Positions 38,464 to 48,623 of a stretch of 64,000 bases of DNA are shown here, piece after piece. Numbering within the stretch: position 1 is the stretch's first letter; every line of letters begins with the position of its first letter. The stretch lies in assembly GCA_963713925.1 (NCBI GenBank), contig OY970212.1:160001-224000 (forward strand). The letters are read 5' to 3'. Source of the stretch: an uncultured bacterium. GTDB lineage: Bacteria > Babelota > Babeliae > Babelales > Vermiphilaceae. The notes under the pieces are model-generated. The model had not been told where the DNA came from, did no database searches, and saw only the letters and a program-made list of their open reading frames with translations. The position numbers and the translations under genes are program-made.

Positions 38464-39381
38464 TTAAGAACCGCAGCCACCGCCGCCTCCACAGCCACCT
38501 CCGCTGCAGCTGCTACCGCCGCTACAGCTACTATCTGAACTGCTGCAACTGCTATCTGAACTACAGCCGCTAGCGCTTGAAGTATCGGTGGTTGGAGAAC
38601 TATTGCTACAACTAGCCCCTGACTTGTCATGTTTTGAATAGTCTTTCTCTTCGCTGGACCAGGTATGTCGCACTTTTGAACGGACTTTCTCTTCATCAGA
38701 CCAGGCATGTCGCACAACTTCACCGGCAATCAAAAAGGTTGCCCACATTGCAGTAGTTGACAAATAGCTCTGAGTACTTTCATTCAGGGAGCCCATTTGA
38801 TATTCATTTAGATGTAGTTTTGATCGCTCTATACAAACCGAGGAGCATATTTTCAGCTTATCCCAAACTTCGACATCTGGATCGACATTAAAATGCTCTT
38901 GGTACGCTGCTATAAACCGCATTTTTTCTGAAGCGTCACATTTTTTTGGACATCCTTCTTCTGATTCGAATGGCTGGTGGTAAAGCATTTTCTTGTGATT
39001 ATCAAAAGGCAGATGTCCGCAAAAATTTTCATAATCTTTATTGAAGAGCAAAAAAGTGTGCCACATCTTATCAACGTCTTTACTAAACATGTTCACTGAC
39101 TTTTCAGCACGGCTTGCAATTATTGCATATCGAACGAATTCATCACGCAATTTTTCAGCATGCGAATAATTAGAATTTCCAAAATCTTTCATATAGCGCA
39201 TTACAACTTGGTTCGGGAAATGGCGTTTCAACTCATCAGCTTTTGAAATCATCTGATACGAGGCTTGCTGAGAATAGCTTCGTTTGTATGCCTGACATCT
39301 TTGACGAACCTTTAAATGCATTGGAAGAACTTGGCTTGAAAACATACAGAGTAGAAACATTGAAATATATTTATTGAACAT
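38464..39381 (-). CDS. Exported glycine-rich-domain (GRDP-like) protein with Cys/Gly tail, paralogue B
   Basis: Same SVNMFSKDVDKMWHTFLLFN core as 35948-36754; tail CSGGGCGGGGGCGS. Confidence 0.75.
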   Translation of the reverse strand: MFNKYISMFLLCMFSSQVLPMHLKVRQRCQAYKRSYSQQASYQMISKADELKRHFPNQVVMRYMKDFGNSNYSHAEKLRDEFVRYAIIASRAEKSVNMFSKDVDKMWHTFLLFNKDYENFCGHLPFDNHKKMLYHQPFESEEGCPKKCDASEKMRFIAAYQEHFNVDPDVEVWDKLKICSSVCIERSKLHLNEYQMGSLNESTQSYLSTTAMWATFLIAGEVVRHAWSDEEKVRSKVRHTWSSEEKDYSKHDKSGASCSNSSPTTDTSSASGCSSDSSCSSSDSSCSGGSSCSGGGCGGGGGCGS

Positions 39382-39428
39382 TTTTTAAACTCCGGGTGCA
39401 AAGTTTTTCAAGATTACAGATGAATATT

Positions 39429-39977
39429 CTATTTTTTTTCCGGGTAATTACGGTTTACGATCACCATCAATTGATCTATCATCGCCTGTTGATCTTGTAT
39501 AATGTTCTTAGAATTTGGCATTAATTTTTTGGTCAGTTTTAAAGTTGCCAAGCGTTCTTCCCTTTTAGCTGTTACATCTTCTTTCTTGCGAGATATGGGA
39601 AATTGAATTGCTTGCTTAATTTTTTCTTCCGTTTCATCTAAACTACTTAGAAGATTTATGACCTCTCTTCGTTTCACGTTATATTTGAATCGAAGGAATG
39701 AAACTGATCGTAGCGTTTGATCATGGCTTTTGATGAGCTTATCTGGCGAGGCATTAAAAGTAAAATCTTCGTCATCTTCGTCAAGGTTCTGTAATTCATC
39801 AGCTGACCCTGTTTTGGGAAACGATGTATATTTTCCGATATCCGAACAACTATGGGAGTTTTTTGAAGGCTTTGAGAGTTTATCATCGCTATCCCATGGG
39901 TTTCTATCCCACGGATGATCTGATGCAAACAAAGGCAATGAGCCCAACAACATGATACTGTTGAACAGGTTTTTCAT
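39429..39977 (-). CDS. Hypothetical exported protein
   Basis: Signal peptide (PLFA|SD), AAGGAG RBS. Confidence 0.7.
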   Translation of the reverse strand: MKNLFNSIMLLGSLPLFASDHPWDRNPWDSDDKLSKPSKNSHSCSDIGKYTSFPKTGSADELQNLDEDDEDFTFNASPDKLIKSHDQTLRSVSFLRFKYNVKRREVINLLSSLDETEEKIKQAIQFPISRKKEDVTAKREERLATLKLTKKLMPNSKNIIQDQQAMIDQLMVIVNRNYPEKK

Positions 39978-40040
39978 ATCGGTCTCCTTAATTTATGATA
40001 TGAGAACTTGCTATCAACATTGAACAAAAAATATCTTTAG

Positions 40041-40328
40041 TCAATGATTGGGTTTAATGGAGTATTGTTCAGTGAGATTTGGAGTCTTTGGCTTACTTTT
40101 CTTACGTGTGCCTTCTTTTAATCGCTTGATCACATTATGTAACCTCTCAATTTCTTTTTGTTGCGCAGCAAGCTGTTGCAGCTGTAAAGCAAACAATGAT
40201 CTATAATCTTCTATCATTTGCTTGTCTAAAGATTTCTTGGTCTGTACTTTTGTGACTTTTTTTGCCGGAAGATCTGCGCAATAAAGACTAAATGACACGA
40301 ATACGAGAGCAAGCTTCATAAGCCACAT
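40041..40328 (-). CDS. Hypothetical exported coiled-coil protein
   Basis: AAAGGA RBS before ATG 40328 (MWLMKLALVF..); ORF-track start lies in a repeated spacer. Confidence 0.65.
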   Translation of the reverse strand: MWLMKLALVFVSFSLYCADLPAKKVTKVQTKKSLDKQMIEDYRSLFALQLQQLAAQQKEIERLHNVIKRLKEGTRKKSKPKTPNLTEQYSIKPNH

Positions 40329-40390
40329 ATGGATTCCTTTATGTGTGATATAACGACTTGCTTTCAGCATTGGATAAAAAATATCTTTCG

Positions 40391-40966
40391 TCAATGATTT
40401 GCACGAGTGATTGCATCGCGTTCTTTTTTTGCTAACTCATTTTGCAGTTGCATCACAGATGCTTCAAGATGTTTTGTTGCTTGAAATGATTTCCTCACGA
40501 GCGAGTAGAGTGTCCGTATTTGCTCCTGCTGCAGCTCAATAAAATCATGGTATTTAACTAATCTTTTTGATATATCAGTAAGGGAATAGTTATCATCAGA
40601 TGGTTTATCTCCCACTGGGCTTTTTACAAATCGTTTTCGCTTTTTGAAAACCTTATAACCCAACCAAGCGACAGGATCATTTCTCAGCTTTTTCTTCATT
40701 TTTTTATATTCAGTATCCATTCTTGAATTTTTATCCTCATTTTCAAAATCAAATGACAGCTCAAACAGTTCATCGGGAACGAGTGAATATTTGATTGGGT
40801 CTTCGACATCGGATGTAGGCTCTGAGGAAGATGAATGGTAGGATGATGAGATTGACGAATCGCTGTTATATCCAAGCGGCTGCATATATTCAATCTCTCC
40901 AGGAGAATCAGCGCCACAGAGATTCAGAAATAGGAACACAATAGATAAACAACAATATTCTTTCAT
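40391..40966 (-). CDS. Hypothetical exported coiled-coil protein
   Basis: Signal peptide, GGGAG RBS, C-terminal coiled coil. Confidence 0.7.
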   Translation of the reverse strand: MKEYCCLSIVFLFLNLCGADSPGEIEYMQPLGYNSDSSISSSYHSSSSEPTSDVEDPIKYSLVPDELFELSFDFENEDKNSRMDTEYKKMKKKLRNDPVAWLGYKVFKKRKRFVKSPVGDKPSDDNYSLTDISKRLVKYHDFIELQQEQIRTLYSLVRKSFQATKHLEASVMQLQNELAKKERDAITRANH

Positions 40967-41035
40967 GATTCACTCTCCCCTAAAAGCTTTACCACTTTCA
41001 ATTATACTACAGGAAGAGCGTTGATTATCACAAGG

Positions 41036-42448
41036 CTAACGCAATGCTTTTATAATCTGCGCTTCGCTGAAAAAGATTTTTTGATCCCCAAAAATCTGAT
41101 ATTCATCCGGCCCTTTGCCCAGTAATGCGATGATCGATCCTGTTCGCGAGCGTTTGTAGGCCTGAATAATTGCTTGTTCGCGATCAAGCTCAATATGAGC
41201 CCTTTGTCGGCCTTCACCTGAAATACCGGCCATAATTTCTTGAGCAATTACGGCAGCATCTTCAGATCGTGGGTTGTCGGTGGTGATAATGCTGTAATCA
41301 GCCCACTGTTCAGCCAATGCCCCCATGAGCGGGCGACGCGTTTTGTCACGATCTCCGCCGGCGCCAAAAACGACAATTAAATCATCGGTCATTGACCGCA
41401 ACAGTTTGAATATATTTTCAAATGATAAGGGGTTATGCGCATAATCAATGATCGCTTGAGCGCCATTGGGCAGTTCAAATTTTTGTACACGCCCCGGCAC
41501 TCCTGAAAAGGTGGCTAAACCCTGTTGAATAATCGGCCAGGCAACACCAAGTTCGTGCGCCAACACACTGGCGGTCAAACAGTTGTATATGTTAAATTCT
41601 CCGACCAATGCCGGACTATGCAAACGATATTCATTTTGATCATGCGAAACACGCATATCAAGATGTGGAAATGTTTTCAGTTGAGTGACAGACCAATCAG
41701 CATCTTGTGCAGCAAGGCTTATGGTGGTAGCATTGTTTTTGTGTTGAGTTAGCCATTCATTATCAATATTAATGATAACGGGGGCTTCGGGATTGGCATG
41801 CTCAAAAATGCGAGATTTCTGCTCAAAATAGGTTTGCATGTTTGGGTAAAATTCCAAATGTTCTTGAGAGAAATTGGTAAAAATAATGCCTGCAAAAGAA
41901 ATGCCTGCAACCCGATTCATGCTAAAGGCCTGAGCGGCAGTTTCCATAACAACATATTCAATGTCATGTTCGACGCAGAGTTTTAAAAACTGATGTAAAT
42001 AATCAGGTTGTGCCGTAGTGAGTGGTGCTTTAAAAATGTGCGAGCCGATCCGATTATAAACGGTAGTCATCAGAGCGGTGTTATATCCGGCTGCACTTAA
42101 CAAATGATGAGTGATAAAGCTGGTGGTTGTTTTTCCCTTTGTTCCGGTGATGCCGATTATTTTGAGTTTGTGCGCCGGAAATCCAGCCGCATGCGCACTG
42201 AGATCAGCAAGTGACGCACGAGTGTCCGCGACGCGTTGTAATGTTGCGCCATATTTTTGCAAGAGCGCATACATGTCTTGTGAAATTGTTGTCGATTCAT
42301 CCACGACAATATGAGTCGCCCCTCGCTCAAGCGCGAGGGGCACATAGTCAAGACCATTTTTTGCAAAACCTTTGATCGCCACGAAAGTGGTTCCTGCTCC
42401 GACAAAATCAGTGTGAGCAGTCACAGGAAAAATGGCAGGCATCTTCAT
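41036..42448 (-). CDS. murE: UDP-MurNAc-tripeptide synthetase
   Basis: GITGTKGKTTT, FTNFSQEHL, DYAHNP, FGAGGDRD, DNPR (mDAP type), GKG. Confidence 0.93.
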   Translation of the reverse strand: MKMPAIFPVTAHTDFVGAGTTFVAIKGFAKNGLDYVPLALERGATHIVVDESTTISQDMYALLQKYGATLQRVADTRASLADLSAHAAGFPAHKLKIIGITGTKGKTTTSFITHHLLSAAGYNTALMTTVYNRIGSHIFKAPLTTAQPDYLHQFLKLCVEHDIEYVVMETAAQAFSMNRVAGISFAGIIFTNFSQEHLEFYPNMQTYFEQKSRIFEHANPEAPVIINIDNEWLTQHKNNATTISLAAQDADWSVTQLKTFPHLDMRVSHDQNEYRLHSPALVGEFNIYNCLTASVLAHELGVAWPIIQQGLATFSGVPGRVQKFELPNGAQAIIDYAHNPLSFENIFKLLRSMTDDLIVVFGAGGDRDKTRRPLMGALAEQWADYSIITTDNPRSEDAAVIAQEIMAGISGEGRQRAHIELDREQAIIQAYKRSRTGSIIALLGKGPDEYQIFGDQKIFFSEAQIIKALR

Positions 42449-42463
42449 AGAAACTCCGTACAA

Positions 42464-43801
42464 TTATGCGCGAAATTCTTTAACCGCTTTTGAAATGATT
42501 TTCATCAGATACATAATTCCATATAAGTTCACAAAGAGCATGAGTCCATTGATAATGTCGGCAAGTCCAAAGACTTGTTCTGCTTCAACAAGAGCTCCCA
42601 AGAAAACAACACCACAAAAGACGATTGGAAAGAGGGCTAGCAACCGTCCTCCGGTGACGCTCATCCACGCTTCACGCGTGATGTAGGCATATGCAACAAG
42701 CACACCCACTCCAAATGCGATTGATAAGAAGCTTACGACAAATCCGCCAAATGACCCGAATAATGTTGAGAATGCGGAAATAGTGAGTTCTGTGCTGGTT
42801 GTCCCATTATCCCACACGCCACTGGCAACAATGCAGAGTGCTACTAAGAAACATACTAAGGTGCTGATAAAGGTGCTCAACATTGCGATAATGCCGTCTT
42901 TCACCGGCTCTTTACTGCCCGTTGAACTGAACAACACTGCGGCGGTTCCAAGCCCTGATTCTGTTGCCAAAATAGAGCGCAAGATGCCAAATCGCATCGC
43001 TTGAATCATAGTGAATCCAGCGACTCCACCAAAAAAAGCTTGTGGGCTGAGTGCTGCTTTGATCATTAATGAAAGTGACGGAATGATCGCGGCATAATGA
43101 TATGCAAGCAATGCGAATGCGGAGACAAAAAAGATCCCAACTTTAAAAGGAACTATCGCATCTGAGACTTTTACAATGCGTGACGCACCGCCATACACGA
43201 CATAGACCATGAAGAGCAACAATGCTAATCCAGTTGCAAGAGCGGGAATGTTCCAGGTTGTTGCCATGCTGATGCGAATTGAATTTGATTGAACGGCGCT
43301 TCCGATTCCCATGAAAATGAGACAGAGTAAACCATAGAACGGCGCCAAGAATCTTCCACCGGCAACCGATCTGAGATAGAGCATTGGCCCACCAATGCCT
43401 GAGCAACGCTCTTTTTGTTGCATGCCAAAATGCACGCTCAGAAACACTTCGGCAAATCGGACTGACATCAAGATAAATCCTATGATGACAACCCAAATAG
43501 CCGCTCCGGGCCCACCCATGTGCACAGCGGTTGCCATACCTGCAATACTGCCGTTACCTAAATTGGTGCTCAAGGTGTTAATAAATGCTTGAAATGGCGT
43601 CATGTCAGCACATTGGTCTGACTGTTGTTTTGGAGGAAACAATACTTGCTTCCACGCATAGGCAAAATAGCGGATTTGGATAAAACCAAGAGCAATGGTA
43701 CACATGATACTCGCACACAACACATAGATCATTAAAGGCCAATTGAGGAGCGCTTGGGTAATATGTGAGGCCATTTGAATCAGGCCGGCGGTATCAAACA
43801 T
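42464..43801 (-). CDS. Alanine/glycine:cation symporter (AGCS) family
   Basis: GNGSIAG, GGPGAAIW, GGPMLY, ESGLGTA. Confidence 0.92.
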   Translation of the reverse strand: MFDTAGLIQMASHITQALLNWPLMIYVLCASIMCTIALGFIQIRYFAYAWKQVLFPPKQQSDQCADMTPFQAFINTLSTNLGNGSIAGMATAVHMGGPGAAIWVVIIGFILMSVRFAEVFLSVHFGMQQKERCSGIGGPMLYLRSVAGGRFLAPFYGLLCLIFMGIGSAVQSNSIRISMATTWNIPALATGLALLLFMVYVVYGGASRIVKVSDAIVPFKVGIFFVSAFALLAYHYAAIIPSLSLMIKAALSPQAFFGGVAGFTMIQAMRFGILRSILATESGLGTAAVLFSSTGSKEPVKDGIIAMLSTFISTLVCFLVALCIVASGVWDNGTTSTELTISAFSTLFGSFGGFVVSFLSIAFGVGVLVAYAYITREAWMSVTGGRLLALFPIVFCGVVFLGALVEAEQVFGLADIINGLMLFVNLYGIMYLMKIISKAVKEFRA

Positions 43802-43890
43802 GGTATTCCTTTACCTGTTTTATTGGTTTAGACAATTACAGTGGTTTTCAGTATACTAAAAGTTGAATTATTTAAAATCATGGAATTTAT

Positions 43891-44181
43891 ATGAATTTTT
43901 CAAAGGTTTTTTCACTCATGGCATTTGCTCTATTGTCATTTATGAGCCCAATGCATGCTGCAGAGGAAACCTCACAAAAAGAGACTTCTTCTCTAACAAG
44001 CAAAATTAAAAAAGCTTCCAAATACGCTCTGTATATTGCCGGCCCTTCAGCTTTGATTTTCTACACGATAAAAATCACACTCCGATACCTGGATGCCTGC
44101 GCTCAGCCGGTAAAAGCTCCTTACGAACCTTTTTCTATGATTAGAGCGCTCAATGATCGCGTAAACGTAAATAAGTATTAA
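43891..44181 (+). CDS. Hypothetical small exported/membrane protein
   Basis: Signal peptide plus one TM. Confidence 0.6.
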   Translation: MNFSKVFSLMAFALLSFMSPMHAAEETSQKETSSLTSKIKKASKYALYIAGPSALIFYTIKITLRYLDACAQPVKAPYEPFSMIRALNDRVNVNKY

Positions 44182-44207
44182 ATTTCCAGCGGGAAAGTTA
44201 CATTATT

Positions 44208-44624
44208 ATGAAAATTGCAGCGCTTGATATCGGCGATGTATGGATAGGCGTGGCTCTTTCAGACCCGCTAGGAATTATAGCTAAGCCGTACACCACCTTT
44301 CAAAATAAAACGTTTATACAAGAAATCAGTCAGCTTTTCAAAACTGAGAAAATAGCCGAAGTCGTTGTTGGATATCCCAAAACAATGCGCGGCACACATT
44401 CGGAGCAAACGGAAAAAGTGATTCACACTTTTGAAAAATTAAAACAGCTTTTTCCTGAAAAAAAATGGGTGCTTTTTGACGAGCGATTGACCAGCAAGCA
44501 GGCCGAAGATATTAAGAGATCTATAACCAAAGAAGAAAAAATCAAATCTCACGCGCGAGCCGCGGCTGTTTTTTTGCAAAATTATTTGCATGCGCGAGCT
44601 TTTAACTCGCAAGAAACACAATAA
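44208..44624 (+). CDS. ruvX: Holliday junction resolvase-like / pre-16S rRNA nuclease YqgF
   Basis: ALDIG..WIGVALSD, VVGYP, DERLTS. Confidence 0.93.
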   Translation: MKIAALDIGDVWIGVALSDPLGIIAKPYTTFQNKTFIQEISQLFKTEKIAEVVVGYPKTMRGTHSEQTEKVIHTFEKLKQLFPEKKWVLFDERLTSKQAEDIKRSITKEEKIKSHARAAAVFLQNYLHARAFNSQETQ

Positions 44625-44765
44625 TACACATTGAATTTTACTCTCATTGACAAATCGAGAGCTTGTTGATTACCTTGTAGTAAAAGGATCAGTAGTAATT
44701 GTCAATGAGCAAAAAAATGTTTAAAAAAAGGCGTTTTTTGCTTAACCTTTAAAAAAGGATGTAGC

Positions 44766-44945
44766 ATGAAGTGCAAAAAATGCGGTGGCCTTATGGTCCT
44801 GCAGTCATTTTTTGACCACTTTCTCAATTTCGATGGTTGGAAGTGTCTCAACTGTGGTAAAATTATTTTAAAGAAAGATAAAACAATCGAGTTTGATTCA
44901 TTCAGCTTGTTTTATCAACAACAAAAGTGTCGGAACAAGAATTAG
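44766..44945 (+). CDS. 59-aa zinc-ribbon protein
   Basis: Below ORF-track cutoff; MKCKKCGGLM...WKCLNCGK; AAAGGA RBS; stops 3 nt before tsaB. Confidence 0.85.
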   Translation: MKCKKCGGLMVLQSFFDHFLNFDGWKCLNCGKIILKKDKTIEFDSFSLFYQQQKCRNKN

Positions 44946-44948
44946 AAT

Positions 44949-45626
44949 ATGGTCATTTCGCTTGCAATACAAAGCACATACCAATCAATTGAGGTTGGTC
45001 TTTGCTTTGATGGAGTCATAAAAGCAGTTGTTCAAGAACATAAAAGCTCCGCAAGCAAAAATATTGTCCCACTGATCGGATCGCTGCTTGCTGGCCAAAA
45101 TCTTACTTTTGCAGACGTTGAATATATCGCTGTCAATCAAGGTCCTGCTCCATATACCACGCTTCGTGTGGTAATAGCAACTGTAAACGGCCTTGCGTAT
45201 GCAACGGGAAAACCAATATTTGGTGTTGACGCTTTTTCAGCTTTGGCATACGAAATATCCGATAGCGGCAAACCAACATATATCCTTTTGGATGCATTCA
45301 ATAAAGATGTGTATTATGCGCAGGTTATAAATCATGTCATTATACAATCGGGATGTATGCAGACAAGCGAACTTCCGCAGATTATTCCTGTAAACACGCC
45401 TATTTATTTTATCGGTAATGCCTGCGAAACATATGCGCCAATACTCACGCAACTTTATCCGGAAGCAACTCTCATACCGGAACATTCGTATCCTCAGCTA
45501 AGCTCAATTGCTATTATTGCACGCCACCAATGGTCTCTTAATCCACACGGTAAATCGCACATCAGTCCGCTCTATCTCAAAGAGCAAAAATATAAGAATC
45601 AGATGGGCATCATGACGTCGATATAA
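44949..45626 (+). CDS. tsaB: tRNA threonylcarbamoyladenosine biosynthesis protein TsaB
   Basis: IAVNQGPAPYTTLRV, GLAYA, PLYLK. Confidence 0.9.
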   Translation: MVISLAIQSTYQSIEVGLCFDGVIKAVVQEHKSSASKNIVPLIGSLLAGQNLTFADVEYIAVNQGPAPYTTLRVVIATVNGLAYATGKPIFGVDAFSALAYEISDSGKPTYILLDAFNKDVYYAQVINHVIIQSGCMQTSELPQIIPVNTPIYFIGNACETYAPILTQLYPEATLIPEHSYPQLSSIAIIARHQWSLNPHGKSHISPLYLKEQKYKNQMGIMTSI

Positions 45627-45752
45627 TTCCAAAAGACGCGAATTTGTAAATTCTTGCAAAAATTGGTCGGAAGAGTAGTATCTTGCTGTTCAATTTGTTG
45701 GAAATTCAAATTTTCCATATATAGTCTAGGAGCGGGTATGAGGGAAGCGATC

Positions 45753-46704
45753 ATGATGAAACAAGCGTTATTTTTTTTAGCATTTATGGGGGTTGTCGAT
45801 TGTAGCAAGCGATCGCGCGATACTTACCCTACAAGAGCCTCAGTCATTAGCGGAGATCGCACGCGAGCTCACACGCAATCGAGATAATGATTGCGGCATC
45901 AATCTGGCTAATCCTACGGCAGCACGGTTTATTGATAAACATAATGAAACTCGGAAAGCCTCTGAAACTGCAGATGAAAAAAGGTGCCTTTCGCGATGCA
46001 ACTCTTTAATGGAATCGTATATGGCGTGAAAACTAAAGGCTTTTTCATCATTTGTGCCCGGAAAATTAGAAACTTCACCCTCACCTTCAGCTTCAAGCGC
46101 TGAAAGCGGAAGCGTCGTCACTTATGTCGATTATCAGCAACCTTCCGTGCTATATGTTGATTCTATTTCAGACGCAAATAAACTTTTGAAATCCTGTTAT
46201 AGTGCAATTAGCTATGTAATAGAAAGGGGTTTCAAGTTCAATTTTCAAACGAGGCTGCAAATACTTCCCGGGGCAGGGTCAGGATATACGGGCGCATGTA
46301 ATTGTATCGAATACGATAAACAAGAAATACAATTCCTTCGTTTTTATGACTTTCTTCGAGGAGAATGTCGGCTTCCCAAAGATTTGGAAAGGCAAGTAAT
46401 ATCAATACTTACATCGTCCAAATCAAAAGCAGAACAGGAGGCAGAAATTGATGGATTCGATCAAGAGCATCACATACTAAGTCAAAAAGAGCAGATTCAA
46501 GAAAATCGTAAAAAACTCGCAGCCGCACTTCAATTGGGCGATGTGGCGCAATTCAATAACGCACGCAAGAAGCAGTTGCATATTGGGGAATTTGTTTCTC
46601 TCGAACAAACTGTCCAAAATATGATCCTCGACATAACAAGCTATAAATCTGATGAAAATCCTTACATTAATAATGCTCATCGCGGTCAATGCACTATGAG
46701 TTAG
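45753..46704 (+). pseudogene. Disrupted gene for an exported protein (frameshift plus in-frame stop)
   Basis: Removing one G from G5 at 45788-45792 joins MMKQALFFLAFMG to LSIVASD..; TGA at 46027-46029 is in frame with ORF 46054-46704. Confidence 0.7.
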
Positions 46705-46730
46705 AGTGGCGAAAAGCTAGGCTTCCCGAT

Positions 46731-46761
46731 AATATTTTTGTGAGAGTCTCACAAAAATATT
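46731..46761. terminator. Bidirectional terminator-like palindrome
   Basis: AATATTTTTGTGAGA-G-TCTCACAAAAATATT between convergent genes. Confidence 0.7.
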
Positions 46762-47677
46762 ATTCATGAGCGCCATATTGTCTTAAAAGAAGTTCGATAG
46801 GAAGATTTTTTGAAATAAGCACTTGTTGTAGGGCTGATCCGATTGCATTGTTTGGGATTGCATTCACATCAACGCCTGCTTGCAATAAGGCTCGCACCAT
46901 TGGCTCATTATTATTCATTGTCGCCTGAATTAATGGCGTTTTGCCTTCGTTTACTACATTCAAATCAAATCCATGCTTTTTAAGAAGAGCAATATCGGCA
47001 GGAACCCCAGCGGTAGCCACTTCCCAGACTAAGTTTTTTTTAATTTCTGGGTCAGCAGGAAGTGGGTTGCTCAGAAAAAGTTTCAATCGCTCAGGATTTT
47101 TTGTCGCAGCTAAACGTTTTTGGGCATCGATCATGAGTCGTTGTATGTTAGTTCCGGCTTTTGTAAATGATTTAACAAATGGACCAAACGCAGTGTGATA
47201 GTCCGGGTGAACGCCAACAACATATAAAAACGGTTCTCGATAGAAAGAAGACTTGAGTCCAAGAAGAATTTTTACCAGTTTATCAATAAAAGATTCATCC
47301 TTACTGTGTGCAAGCGCAGCTCCAGCAAATAGTTGATATAAATCAGACAGATCAAAATTTGTGGCGCCTCGATCTACCTTGTCTGCAATTCCGCCGAGCA
47401 ATTGAACGATCCTTTCAGGGGCTTCCGTCACCATGAGACGAACAATCTTTTGCACGGCTCGAGATTCTAATAAATCATGAATAAAGGCAAGTGCATCTTG
47501 CGGTGTTTGCAAATCAAGAATGCCTTCGTGAGCTTGCTCTGCGGCAACCTGTGTATTAAGCGATTCATAGGGTGTGTAAATGGAAAATGAATTGAACAGA
47601 GCTATCAGAGAACTAAAAACAAAGAGCGACCCTAAAACTATTACTAAATCTCGGTGCGAATCTATTGGTGACTTCAT
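46760..47677 (-). CDS. Membrane-anchored ankyrin-repeat protein
   Basis: N-terminal TM; GKTPLIQA...ALLQAGVDVN; LLRQYGA. Confidence 0.82.
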   Translation of the reverse strand: MKSPIDSHRDLVIVLGSLFVFSSLIALFNSFSIYTPYESLNTQVAAEQAHEGILDLQTPQDALAFIHDLLESRAVQKIVRLMVTEAPERIVQLLGGIADKVDRGATNFDLSDLYQLFAGAALAHSKDESFIDKLVKILLGLKSSFYREPFLYVVGVHPDYHTAFGPFVKSFTKAGTNIQRLMIDAQKRLAATKNPERLKLFLSNPLPADPEIKKNLVWEVATAGVPADIALLKKHGFDLNVVNEGKTPLIQATMNNNEPMVRALLQAGVDVNAIPNNAIGSALQQVLISKNLPIELLLRQYGAHE

Positions 47678-47759
47678 AACTATCCTTTCCTTTTAGTCTA
47701 GGATAGCTTGGGTTGTGTCATGAAAGCAAGTTGATTTCTGTGTGAATTAATTCACGAAG

Positions 47760-48509
47760 TTATGATTTCTGATGCGTTAAAGATCGCACAGCTCCGGCCA
47801 ATAAAAATACCGCTTGAAACGACCGCAAAATGGTTGGCGTCAGCGAGACAAATTCAAAGGAATGTTTTTGTAGCAAAGTCAGCTCATCGGCACTAAAATC
47901 TGCCTCAGGGCCGACAATGAGCACATATTCTTGCGATGTTGTTGCTGCTTGCGCAAAGTCAAAAAATGATTTCCCCTCCGGGTGTGCGCAGACTTTTTTA
48001 CAGTGTGGATCTGCAAACATGCCCACAATTTTATGCAAAGGTTCCGGCTTTGTAAGCTCTGGAAATCTAAAATGTTTTGATTGTTCAGCGGCAGCGATAA
48101 GAATTTTTTCAGCGCGGATAGATTCGTGCTCCGTGTATTTCCCTTGGCTTTTTTCAGTTGTTACCAATTGAATTGCATCAACCCCAGCCTCAACAAGCGA
48201 GTAGAGGGCTAGTTCGAATGATTCTTTTTTTAGTAGTGGAAGCAATACAGTAATTTGAGTCGTGTTGCACGGATTTTGATCAATTGAGCGTATTAAAACA
48301 ATGGCCCGCTTTTTTTCTATAGACACAATTTCAACAGATGCGTGCAAAGAGCGATCAAATAAAATACATGCGTCGCCTATCTGCATACGAAGCACGTGCG
48401 TCATTCGGTGTACTATTGTTTCATCAGTGAGCACAAGCTGAGCATTAATTCGTGGCCTTTGTTCGGAAAATGTTCTGATATAGAGGGCAAAGACATGAGC
48501 GTTTGACAC
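47760..48509 (-). CDS. rsmE: 16S rRNA m3U1498 methyltransferase
   Basis: HVLRM, AAAEQS, VGPEADFS, LTPTILR. Confidence 0.9.
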   Translation of the reverse strand: MSNAHVFALYIRTFSEQRPRINAQLVLTDETIVHRMTHVLRMQIGDACILFDRSLHASVEIVSIEKKRAIVLIRSIDQNPCNTTQITVLLPLLKKESFELALYSLVEAGVDAIQLVTTEKSQGKYTEHESIRAEKILIAAAEQSKHFRFPELTKPEPLHKIVGMFADPHCKKVCAHPEGKSFFDFAQAATTSQEYVLIVGPEADFSADELTLLQKHSFEFVSLTPTILRSFQAVFLLAGAVRSLTHQKS

Positions 48510-48623
48510 GTATTATTTCTTTTCGTTCAAACATTTATGCAGAGCATAAAATGTTTGATATTTCGGATTGGGGATCGAATTATTCATTTGTTTTGCCATG
48601 TAACTTTTATAGTATCTAAAAAA

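Noticed and set aside
38448..38729. Alternative-frame ORFs rich in Val/Ala (also 35944-36186)
   Set aside because: By-products of low-complexity Gly/Ser/Cys tails of the real genes
46027..46029. In-frame TGA as selenocysteine or recoded stop
   Set aside because: Many genes here end in TGA, the same gene is also frameshifted, and no SECIS-like context was seen
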